Assembly: GCA_019058445.1 (NCBI GenBank)
Contig: JAHPZA010000004.1
Location: forward strand, 160,001 to 224,000
Direction: 5' to 3'
Length of the DNA stretch: 64,000 bases
Source: Promethearchaeota archaeon
GTDB taxonomy: Archaea; Asgardarchaeota; Lokiarchaeia; Sigyniarchaeales; SOKP01
Under the pieces are notes generated by a model that saw only the letters and a list, made by a program, of their open reading frames with translations, made no database searches and had not been told where the DNA came from. Of the stretch, positions 47,799-56,723 are shown in pieces. A program made the position numbers and the translations under genes. Every line of letters starts with the position of its first letter. The first letter of the stretch is position 1.

Positions 47799-50138
47799 CT
47801 ATTTTTTATCAGAATTCAGTTTTGTTAAAATATTATCAACTATCTCATTTCTCTCTTTCTGAGATAATGCTAGCATTTCTTTAAGGAATTCCATTTTGTT
47901 TTTTTCATCAAAACCTATTTGATCAACCTTATTTAGAAATTTCTCGGATACCATAGTCAATTCAATTTGTTCTAGATTGAAACGTTCATACTTAGGGTAT
48001 AATTCATCAAATATTTGAAGTAAAAGATATTTATTGCTTAATTCTTCTAATATTTCTTTTGATGATTTAATATAAAATAGCTCTTTACGTGCCTTTTTCT
48101 TACCGAGAATTGAGGGCAATTTTGCTTTTTTATTTCTTTGTTCATAATAGTATATTGAAGTTGCTGCGATCGCTGCAGCGGAACCAATTAAAATCGCGAA
48201 AAATATAAAACTTAAGAGATTATCTTCCTCATTCTCATCGTCATCACCACCCTCATCAATAATATAGTCAAATTCATCTAAACGCAAGGTATAAACTATT
48301 TTACTGTTATAATAAAGTGAATATGTCTTTAATACTCCATCATCCGTGTAAATATATTCATATCCCCAAAAAGCACCCTGTTTATAAGAATTATATGCAA
48401 ATCCATTATTAAACCAATCAAACGATAAATTTTGAGTAAAAATAGTCTTTTTAAAATTCAACGCAACATTAGTCCAATTTGTATTTATAGCTATTAAATG
48501 AAATCCACCTCCACGAAGCGTATTGGTAATGTCATATTCTCTATAAACATAAAAAACTTCGTGATAAGAATTGTTCCATAATCCTGATGAATGTTGTTCT
48601 GTAATATTAATAATTACAAGAGTGTAATTGAGAATTGGATCTTCACCACCTAAATACTCAATCTTAATCCTTTTTTTAATAGGAACATTTTCAGGATCAC
48701 TAAAATAATAAGGGGGAGCATTTTCTACACTTATATAATAGCCATATTCATAGGTTTCGTTTACATTAACTCCAATGTACGGTGGCTCTACTCCTTCATA
48801 AAAATTATGCATTTTGAAAATTATATATTCCTCATAAGTGGTTTCATTACGATAATTTACTTCAAACCACTCTAAAATACCATGCTTATTATAATGTGAG
48901 AGTCCTTTGTATGTAATATCATGGCCATTTATATCCCTCAAATTCTCAAACCCAATTTCAATAAAATCTCCATTACCAGTACTAGTGCCAACATCATAGA
49001 ATATTGAAAGTGATGCTCTATTGATATAATTGATTATTGGTTTAGGAATAAAGAATGGAAAAATATTTGTAAGATTATGGGGTTCTGTATAATTTAATGG
49101 TTCCTTACGATGAATTATCGAATCATTCATATTTGGTAAAGAAGTAAAGGTATAATCTCGAGAAATCCAATCCCATACCGTGTAATTAATCTCCCAATGG
49201 GTGGAATTATCAAAGATGGAAGTTACATTAATTTTCATTTTACTAAATTTATATGGATCTTCATTTAATCCAAAAGAGTTTTCCCAATTACTTCCTAGGA
49301 TTAAATCCATCATTTCATTATTTATTTCAGTCACGAGCCAAAAAAACTCATCATTTTCATCAGCTTCTAAAGAGTAGGTTATTGGAATTATTTTATCGAA
49401 AGTAAAAGAGATAGCAGAATCATAAATAGGTAAATTCTCATTGGAAAATTCATCAAACTTATTATAATTTAAATAATCACCATGGTCTAAACCAATGAGA
49501 TAAAATTGTAAGAACTCTAAATTCTGATATTGAAAAATTATTGTGCCATTTTCATAAAAAATAACTTCAAAAGTTCCAATTAAATTGCCATTTTTATGAT
49601 GTACATTATGATATTCTATGATTAAATATCTATTTGGAGAATCACCTGAGAAATTGTAATAAATATCTCCTCCGCCTCCATTACTATCGTTACAGTTAAT
49701 ATCTTCATGTAATAATGCCACAATATCTTCATTTTCTACATAATAACTAGGAATATCTTCAATTTCTAAATATTCAATAGATTCTTGGGTAAAGCTTATA
49801 ACACCATCGGTATTTACATAGATTTTGTCATATTCAGTTCCGTAATAAGTAAAATTCCAAGTTGTAAAATTAATCGTTTGATAACCTTTATCCGCTTCAG
49901 ATAGATAAGTCAAGTTAGTTCCTGTTCCTGTTATATCTACCCATGAATAAGCGGCATTAGTATCAATGATATAACCTCCTCCATTTATAGAAGATGTTTT
50001 TAAATCCTCGGAGATGTCATTATTTTTATTCTCTATTGAAAAATCATTCTCATTCATATAATGTGGATTGATAAACACAAAAAACAAGTAAAAAAATATA
50101 ATTATGAACAAGAAAGCTTTATTTTTAATAGATATCAC
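47799..50138 (-). CDS. receptor-like type I membrane protein: NIDO-like domain, two ectodomain repeats, TM, cytoplasmic helical tail
   Basis: YSWVDI, WNFTYYGTEYDKIYVNTDGVISF, GTFEVIFYENGTIIFQY (NIDO-like). TM LLSFIFFAILIGSAAAIAATSIYYY. Tail of about 110 aa. Confidence 0.7.
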   Translation of the reverse strand: MISIKNKAFLFIIIFFYLFFVFINPHYMNENDFSIENKNNDISEDLKTSSINGGGYIIDTNAAYSWVDITGTGTNLTYLSEADKGYQTINFTTWNFTYYGTEYDKIYVNTDGVISFTQESIEYLEIEDIPSYYVENEDIVALLHEDINCNDSNGGGGDIYYNFSGDSPNRYLIIEYHNVHHKNGNLIGTFEVIFYENGTIIFQYQNLEFLQFYLIGLDHGDYLNYNKFDEFSNENLPIYDSAISFTFDKIIPITYSLEADENDEFFWLVTEINNEMMDLILGSNWENSFGLNEDPYKFSKMKINVTSIFDNSTHWEINYTVWDWISRDYTFTSLPNMNDSIIHRKEPLNYTEPHNLTNIFPFFIPKPIINYINRASLSIFYDVGTSTGNGDFIEIGFENLRDINGHDITYKGLSHYNKHGILEWFEVNYRNETTYEEYIIFKMHNFYEGVEPPYIGVNVNETYEYGYYISVENAPPYYFSDPENVPIKKRIKIEYLGGEDPILNYTLVIINITEQHSSGLWNNSYHEVFYVYREYDITNTLRGGGFHLIAINTNWTNVALNFKKTIFTQNLSFDWFNNGFAYNSYKQGAFWGYEYIYTDDGVLKTYSLYYNSKIVYTLRLDEFDYIIDEGGDDDENEEDNLLSFIFFAILIGSAAAIAATSIYYYEQRNKKAKLPSILGKKKARKELFYIKSSKEILEELSNKYLLLQIFDELYPKYERFNLEQIELTMVSEKFLNKVDQIGFDEKNKMEFLKEMLALSQKERNEIVDNILTKLNSDKK

Positions 50139-50216
50139 ATAAAATTGTGTTTTTAGATTTCTTTATTTATTTCTGTTCTTATTAATGAATAATATTCAAA
50201 TTTTTTTCTTAAAATT

Positions 50217-50366
50217 TTAGGTTGGATTAATGATATTTAAATCTTGAAGAGAGGAAATAGATTCTTCATGCAATTTCTTTACTTCAGGAAATCTTATAAA
50301 GGCTTGTCTAATTGCTCTATTAAACTCCAATAACTCATCATAATCAGTTGAAATAAGTTCATTCAT
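50217..50366 (-). CDS. small hypothetical protein (49 aa), below the ORF-track cutoff
   Basis: MNELISTDYDELLEFNRAIRQAFIRFPEVKKLHEESISSLQDLNIINPT*, with a purine-rich leader (AGAGAGAAA-ATG). Confidence 0.4.
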   Translation of the reverse strand: MNELISTDYDELLEFNRAIRQAFIRFPEVKKLHEESISSLQDLNIINPT

Positions 50367-50723
50367 TTTCTCTCTATTTATAACTTTTCTTTATAGCTTA
50401 TTTAAATCCATCTATAAAATATTTGAATGATTCTCTCTTCATAAATGAATTTCAATCAATATTTTTAATGAAATTCATAAGTTAGTGGAAAATTGCTTCT
50501 TTTATTATTTACTTATGGTTTAAAATTAGATTATCTTATTTTTATGCGTTATATGAAACCAGTTTAAATACTTGATAAAATCCATAATCGAAATATAATG
50601 CTTACGAAAAAAATTTCTTTAAATAAGGAAATCTTGGATAGATTTTAGAAGTAATAAAAAGAAAATTTTTAATTTTTATTGAAATTATTTATTTAAATTA
50701 AGTAAATTAGCATGTGATTTTAT

Positions 50724-51440
50724 TTGGATATGGAAAACAAAATTGAACAGTATCTAAAAATGAGGAGGCGTATGAAGCCTTCTTTAGATCCGCGAACGTG
50801 TGCGCATCTCGTGATTGATATGCAAGAATATCAAGTGAGGGAGAATGGGTCTATAGCTCGTTTACTTGAAAATGCTGTGCCTGGAATGCTGCAATACTTT
50901 TTGAAACGCGTTAAAGATATCGTTATACCAAATATTATTTTATTGCTCAATTTTTTTAGAGCTTATGAATTACCTATATATTTTGCGAAACTTGCCTCTA
51001 TGAGGTCTGACCGCAAGGATTACTCGAAAAATTACAAAGATTTTAATAAATTAGCAGTAAATTTAATCGGAGAGCCTATTTTTCCTGAAAAACAGAATCC
51101 AAGTGCCTCTATTATTCCAGAATTAGCACCAAAGGATAATGATGTCGTGTTCATCAAAACAACAAGCGGATCATTCGCCTCAACAGATCTTGACCATCAA
51201 TTAAGAAATTTAGGTGTAAAGACGGTTATTATTGTTGGTGTTGTAACAAATTTTTGCGTAGAGACTACCGCACGAGACGCTTCAGATCGGGGATTTCAAG
51301 TATTTGTAGTGGAAGACGCATGTGCAGCATGGACGCCATCCCTCCATGAAGCTTCTCTAAAAGTCTTAGAATTAAGATATGCGAAAATTTTCAACACCGG
51401 TAAGATTTTGAAGCAATTAAAAAGAAATATACTAAAATAA
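50724..51440 (+). CDS. isochorismatase-family cysteine hydrolase
   Basis: VIDMQ, FIKTTSGSF, GVVTNFCVETTARDA (D-K-C triad). Confidence 0.9.
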   Translation: MDMENKIEQYLKMRRRMKPSLDPRTCAHLVIDMQEYQVRENGSIARLLENAVPGMLQYFLKRVKDIVIPNIILLLNFFRAYELPIYFAKLASMRSDRKDYSKNYKDFNKLAVNLIGEPIFPEKQNPSASIIPELAPKDNDVVFIKTTSGSFASTDLDHQLRNLGVKTVIIVGVVTNFCVETTARDASDRGFQVFVVEDACAAWTPSLHEASLKVLELRYAKIFNTGKILKQLKRNILK

Positions 51441-51457
51441 TCTTAAGATTTGATAAA

Positions 51458-52333
51458 TCACGTATAAATTTCTTTACCGTGTTTAAGAAATGTTCCATTT
51501 CGATATTCTTCAAAAGCAATTCTTAACTCTTCTTCAGTATTCATAACAATTGGACCCCGCCATGCTACCGGCTCCCGGATTGGCTTCCCTGAAACTAAAA
51601 GAAAACGCACTTTTTCTTCAGCAGTACTAATAAGGATTTCATCTCCTTCTCGATAAATTACTAAATTCTCATTCGATATAAGCTGCTTTTTTTCGTCATC
51701 AAAATATCCTTTCCCCCCAACAACGTAGGCAAAAGCGTTATGTCCTCTTGGTATAGAATGCCGGAATTCCGAATTTGGCTTTATCGTAACATCTAAATAT
51801 TTTGGCTCAGTAACTATATCCTGAACGGGACCTTTTATTCCTTGAACTTCTCCACAGATGATTTTGATTTTTACATCTCCTCCATTTAATTCAACTTCAG
51901 GGATTTGATCTTTTGTGATACCCCTATATCGAGGATCCATCATTTTATGAGAAGATGGAAGATTTGCCCATAATTGAAATCCCCAAAGCAAGGTATCATT
52001 CTCGTTATGCTTAGGCATCTCACTGTGAATTATACCATTTCCAGCTGTCATCCATTGAACATCTCCCGATTCAATCACTCCACCATTACCCATGCTATCT
52101 CCATGTTCCACTTTTCCATGAAGCATGTAGGTGATGGTTTCTATTCCACGATGCGGATGCCAAGGAAATCCAGCCATATAATGATCTGGATTGTTAGAAT
52201 GAAAATCATCTAAAAGCAAAAATGGGTCTAACCAAGGGTCATCATAACCAAATGCTCTTTTTAAGTGGACTCCTGCACCTTCAAGCGTCGGTCTACTTTT
52301 TAAAGTTAAACGTACTTTTCTAACTTCTTTCAT
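51458..52333 (-). CDS. pirin family protein
   Basis: DPFLLLD, GFPWHPHRGIETITY, VQWMTAGNGIIHSE, FQLWANLP, GPIVMN. Confidence 0.95.
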   Translation of the reverse strand: MKEVRKVRLTLKSRPTLEGAGVHLKRAFGYDDPWLDPFLLLDDFHSNNPDHYMAGFPWHPHRGIETITYMLHGKVEHGDSMGNGGVIESGDVQWMTAGNGIIHSEMPKHNENDTLLWGFQLWANLPSSHKMMDPRYRGITKDQIPEVELNGGDVKIKIICGEVQGIKGPVQDIVTEPKYLDVTIKPNSEFRHSIPRGHNAFAYVVGGKGYFDDEKKQLISNENLVIYREGDEILISTAEEKVRFLLVSGKPIREPVAWRGPIVMNTEEELRIAFEEYRNGTFLKHGKEIYT

Positions 52334-52509
52334 ATTTAATCACTCATGAAAAATTATAAGATTTAATTTAACGAGATGAATGAGATTCACCGGAATTATA
52401 TAAGTTAGTTTTATGAATTATAGAAAAAAAGCCAAGAATGGTTTTTTACCACAGAGCTTTTTCTTAAGAAATTTATAAAAATTAGGATTTTAAACTGGAA
52501 GTAACCTGC

Positions 52510-53253
52510 TTAAGATTTTAATTCTGTAATCCATTTTTTATCTTCCTTTAATCTTTCATATTCTTTAATATCTCCGAAATCGCCCCTAAATTGATTCTTA
52601 TTCATCTTGAGAACTCTGACTTTCCAATTTCTCTCACGGATACCTGTGAGAATTGCGGCTGGAAGTTCTATCTCTCCCCTTTTAGAGGTCTTTAAACTCT
52701 TTAAAACACCAAAGATGTTCTTGGATAAAATAAATAAACCAGAGTTATTCCAACATGGAAATTTTTTATGAGGTGGAGGTTTTTCGATCATATTTACTAG
52801 ATATTCATTATCAGTAATTAGTGAACACCCTTTCTGAATATTTTCTAAATAATTAGAAACTAAAACAAAATCTTCATGCTCGTCTTTATGTATATTATAG
52901 ACTTCATTATAGAACCTGTAAGGAACTAAGATGTCTCCATTAGTTATTAAAAAATGTGAAGATTTAATCAAGTTTTCAACTAATAAAATGGCTCCTCCTG
53001 TTCCATTTAGATTTGATTGTTCAATATATTCAATACTTATATTCCATTTGTCCCCTTTTTGAAAATAATCAATGATCTGTTCTTTTAAATACCCTATTAC
53101 TATTATAAATTTTTTAATTCCAGTATACTTAATCCCAGTGATGATATATTCTAGTAGGGGCTTTCCATGAACTGGAATCATTGATTTTTGATAAATTTCG
53201 GTATAGAGACGCATTCGTTTCCCATAACCTGCGCATAAGATAACGGCTTTCAA
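52510..53253 (-). CDS. sugar-phosphate nucleotidyltransferase
   Basis: AVILCAGYGKRM, NGTGGAI, NGD, IEKP, SKRGEIEL. Confidence 0.88.
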   Translation of the reverse strand: MKAVILCAGYGKRMRLYTEIYQKSMIPVHGKPLLEYIITGIKYTGIKKFIIVIGYLKEQIIDYFQKGDKWNISIEYIEQSNLNGTGGAILLVENLIKSSHFLITNGDILVPYRFYNEVYNIHKDEHEDFVLVSNYLENIQKGCSLITDNEYLVNMIEKPPPHKKFPCWNNSGLFILSKNIFGVLKSLKTSKRGEIELPAAILTGIRERNWKVRVLKMNKNQFRGDFGDIKEYERLKEDKKWITELKS

Positions 53254-53435
53254 AATATCATGAAATTCTTAATAATTTTTATTGAAAATTTTTTAAACTT
53301 CCCTTGTATATGATGTTAGAAAGTATTAATATCTGAAGAAAGGAAGCATTTACAATAAAGTTTTATTTAGTTTAGTAATTTATCTTTATTCAAATCTTTA
53401 TGCATACAAATTAAAACAAGTTAAGTGATTAGTTT

Positions 53436-54551
53436 TTGAAAAAAAAGGAGAAAAACTCGATAAGCATTCTATATTTGATGGCTTTCTTCACATTTTTTAT
53501 TATTATTTTAACATTTTTCATTGGATTTATGATTTTGGTTCGATTTATTATTTTTTATGCAACAATCTTTTTCCTCATCATTATTTCCGTATATCTAAGT
53601 ATTTTTGGACCAGCTAAATATAAATATAAGGATGGAGGTTGGGAAGATACAACACGATATTATCAGCCCGAATATGATACTCAAAAATGGAATATTCTAA
53701 TAGATATGCATAGTCATACCAAAGCAAGCGATGGTAAGCTATCAGTAGAACAAAACGTCAAATATCATATGAGCGTTGGATTTAATGCGTGCGTTATTAC
53801 AGATCATAACACAATGAAACAAATTGAGGAAGTTATAAGAATAAAAGAAAAATATAAGAATAAATTGATTCTGATCCCGGGTTTAGAATATAGTACAAAT
53901 AGAATTCATATGTGTTTTATAGGGATTACAGAGTGGGATTGTAAGAAAATTCCAAAATATCCTACGGATAAACAAATTAAGGATGCTATTGATAAAGTTC
54001 ATGAAATGGGAGGTGTGGTGGCTGCATGTCACTATCCGTGGTCTACATGGCCTATAGTTGGTCGAGGGATTTCTCGTATGCATGATCATCCAACAAGAGA
54101 ACAAATTTACTCCTGGGGTGTTGATTTATTAGAATGTGGTGGTTGGGACGATGATAATTCCTTATTTGATCGATTTAGTTTTGAATTTGCAAAATCTCAC
54201 TCAAATATTAGCCCATGCTGTGGTACAGATATGCATGAACCTTACCGCCATCCATTATGCGGTTGGACAGTACTCAAAGCCGAAAATTTCACAGAAAAGG
54301 CTATTATCGAAGAATTAAGAAATCATAAAACGGATATCATCTTAACAGAGCCGATAAAATATCCCTTTAATCATAAAGAAAATTTTTGGTATAAAGCAGT
54401 TAGACCATTGACGATGTTAGGAGAGATGTTTCAAAATGTGTATTTATGGGAAGAAAAGCCAAAATGGGATATCTCTGCAGTACAAGCATGGATTTCTTAC
54501 TTTTTTATCATATTTTTATTGTTTGAACTTTTTCTATTTTATATTTTTTAA
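53436..54551 (+). CDS. membrane-anchored PHP-domain phosphoesterase
   Basis: DMHSHT, ITDHN, PGLE, IHM, CHYP, GTDMH; hydrophobic N- and C-termini. Confidence 0.85.
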   Translation: MKKKEKNSISILYLMAFFTFFIIILTFFIGFMILVRFIIFYATIFFLIIISVYLSIFGPAKYKYKDGGWEDTTRYYQPEYDTQKWNILIDMHSHTKASDGKLSVEQNVKYHMSVGFNACVITDHNTMKQIEEVIRIKEKYKNKLILIPGLEYSTNRIHMCFIGITEWDCKKIPKYPTDKQIKDAIDKVHEMGGVVAACHYPWSTWPIVGRGISRMHDHPTREQIYSWGVDLLECGGWDDDNSLFDRFSFEFAKSHSNISPCCGTDMHEPYRHPLCGWTVLKAENFTEKAIIEELRNHKTDIILTEPIKYPFNHKENFWYKAVRPLTMLGEMFQNVYLWEEKPKWDISAVQAWISYFFIIFLLFELFLFYIF

Positions 54552-54624
54552 AATATTAACCACTTTAGGTTAGCCATTTGCAATTTTGTTTACTTTCTAA
54601 TGTCGGTATAAAAAATCACAGCTT

Positions 54625-55728
54625 TCAATAATGTTCAACTCCATTACTTGTTGCTATTTGATAAGCATCAGCATCTTCATTAGTTAGAATCTGCATCATT
54701 TCTTCTTCCCTCTCCGGTGCTAGGGTGAACATTGTTCCTCCAAAACCAGAACCATTAATTTTTGCTCCTAATGCTCCTGAATCGATACACGCAGCTATCA
54801 TCTTATCTATTTTAGGTGTTGAGATTTTTATGTGTTCACTTAACTCCTTTTGGTGCTTGTTTAAAAGTTGACCTAATTGATAATAGAAATTCATGATCAA
54901 ATCAGCATCAGGGGCTTCTTTTTGTTGTTTTTGCCAATCAAGGATTATATTTTTTGCTGATATGGTTACATCTCTGTTGATTATATTTCCAATTATTTTT
55001 TCTTGGTGTTCCTTTTTAAGACTAGGCAATAATGGCCTAATTTCTTCGAGATTAGTAGTAAATTCCTTAAATTCTGGCATTACTTCTTTTAAAGATTCAA
55101 AGGCGTTTTTGGATAATATTTTTCCTCTACGGAGATCTTCGACGGTATTTTTTTTTTCTTTTGAATCTCCTAAAACAAAACCGTCAAGTTTCATAGGGAT
55201 TTCAATTATTTCTGAAAGATGTTCAGTAGGCTTTAAATAAATGAGATCGCCGTAGATAGAGGTATAGAAATCCATCTTTCCTCCTGCCTCTCCAAATTCA
55301 GCCACTTCCGTTTGGTAACCCATCTCAGCCAGTTGTATTTTACTAAATTTGCCCCCTGAAATTAAATTTAGAAAACTTAGCCATGCAATAACAAAAGCAG
55401 AAGAACTAGCAGCTCCAGCATTAATAGGAATATTTCCAGTAATTTTGATATCATAACCTTTATTAAATTTTATACCTTTCCTCAAGAATTGATTATATCC
55501 ACTATGAAGATAATCTCGGTCTGAGTTATATTTCATTTCTCTGTTTTTAAGTTGAATTTCTAAATTTTCATTGATATTTGGAAGATCAATAATAAATTTT
55601 TCATTTGATATTCGTGAAGCTTCTAAGTAAATATATTTGGATATAGCCATAGCAATAACTGGATAATTTAAATAATCTTGATGCTCCCCAAATAAACAAA
55701 TCCGTCCTGGTGCCTTTAATCTTATCAT
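54625..55728 (-). CDS. GHMP kinase, galactokinase family
   Basis: APGRICLFGEHQDY, IPINAGAASSSA, GGKMD, GAKINGSGFGG. Confidence 0.9.
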   Translation of the reverse strand: MIRLKAPGRICLFGEHQDYLNYPVIAMAISKYIYLEASRISNEKFIIDLPNINENLEIQLKNREMKYNSDRDYLHSGYNQFLRKGIKFNKGYDIKITGNIPINAGAASSSAFVIAWLSFLNLISGGKFSKIQLAEMGYQTEVAEFGEAGGKMDFYTSIYGDLIYLKPTEHLSEIIEIPMKLDGFVLGDSKEKKNTVEDLRRGKILSKNAFESLKEVMPEFKEFTTNLEEIRPLLPSLKKEHQEKIIGNIINRDVTISAKNIILDWQKQQKEAPDADLIMNFYYQLGQLLNKHQKELSEHIKISTPKIDKMIAACIDSGALGAKINGSGFGGTMFTLAPEREEEMMQILTNEDADAYQIATSNGVEHY

Positions 55729-55854
55729 ATTAGGATAGTATCACTGAGATATTATAGCTTTTTTTTTTAATTGTATCAAAATTAATAATGATTCTATAGA
55801 TATTGTTTTTTCTTTAGGTTTTTAAGATTTAAAATTAAAATATAAACTGAATTT

Positions 55855-56562
55855 ATGATAAGGGATTTAGTAATTATAAAGGATGGTGTTCCATTACTTG
55901 CAAAAAATCTCTCAAATTCTCAAAAGGGGCTTTTTTCTAAAGAAAACGACCTTATTATGCTGTCTGGTTTCTTTTCTGCGTTAAATTCTTTTTCTGATCA
56001 ATTTGAGGATTTGGGTTCAATCAAAGAGTTAAAACTATCTAAAAATAACTTGAAATTATCATTTCTAAATGATAGATCTGTTCAAAATTTAGTTTATTTA
56101 GCGACTTTCGATAAAGATTCTAATAGTGTTGATGTCAGAAGTTTCTTAAAGAGTGTCTCAAAGAGTTTTATAAATCGGTATGGAATAAACGAAATAAAAA
56201 AATGGGCTGGAAGAAGGGAGATGTTTGAAACGTTTGAAGAGGTAGTTGATACATTTTTAGAAGAGGAAGATTATGAGGGAAATGGAACAAGTACTTATAA
56301 TGAGCCTGAACAGCTCTTAAAATCTCATGATATTCTAAGTGAAAATGTTCCAAAGTATTATCATTATATTCCTCGATTTAAAGTATCTACAAAAATAAAT
56401 CCAGAGCATTACTTGACTGGTGAATCTTCTTATAAGGTATTTAATAAAATAGATGGTATAAAATCAATCTCTCAAATCGCAAATGAGTTACAAATGAAGG
56501 AAGAAAGAGTTTATGCCATAAGCAAGAATTTAATTAAATTCGGTTTCATATCTTTTTCTTAA
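55855..56562 (+). CDS. longin domain plus C-terminal NPRL2-like winged helix
   Basis: LVIIKDGVPLL...LIMLSGFFSALNSFS (longin) and YIPRF...KIDGIKSISQIANEL...VYAISKNLIKFGFI. Confidence 0.7.
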   Translation: MIRDLVIIKDGVPLLAKNLSNSQKGLFSKENDLIMLSGFFSALNSFSDQFEDLGSIKELKLSKNNLKLSFLNDRSVQNLVYLATFDKDSNSVDVRSFLKSVSKSFINRYGINEIKKWAGRREMFETFEEVVDTFLEEEDYEGNGTSTYNEPEQLLKSHDILSENVPKYYHYIPRFKVSTKINPEHYLTGESSYKVFNKIDGIKSISQIANELQMKEERVYAISKNLIKFGFISFS

Positions 56563-56723
56563 AGGATATTTAAAGTAAATTTTCTATGTTATAGGGGATA
56601 GAAAAACTCTCTCAAAAAATAAGTTTAAATTAACCAATTTTGTATAGTATTAAAGAAATTATCTTTAATTTTTAGAAACTAAGGATATTAGGGATTAAGG
56701 TGCAATAAGAAATAACAGTTGCG

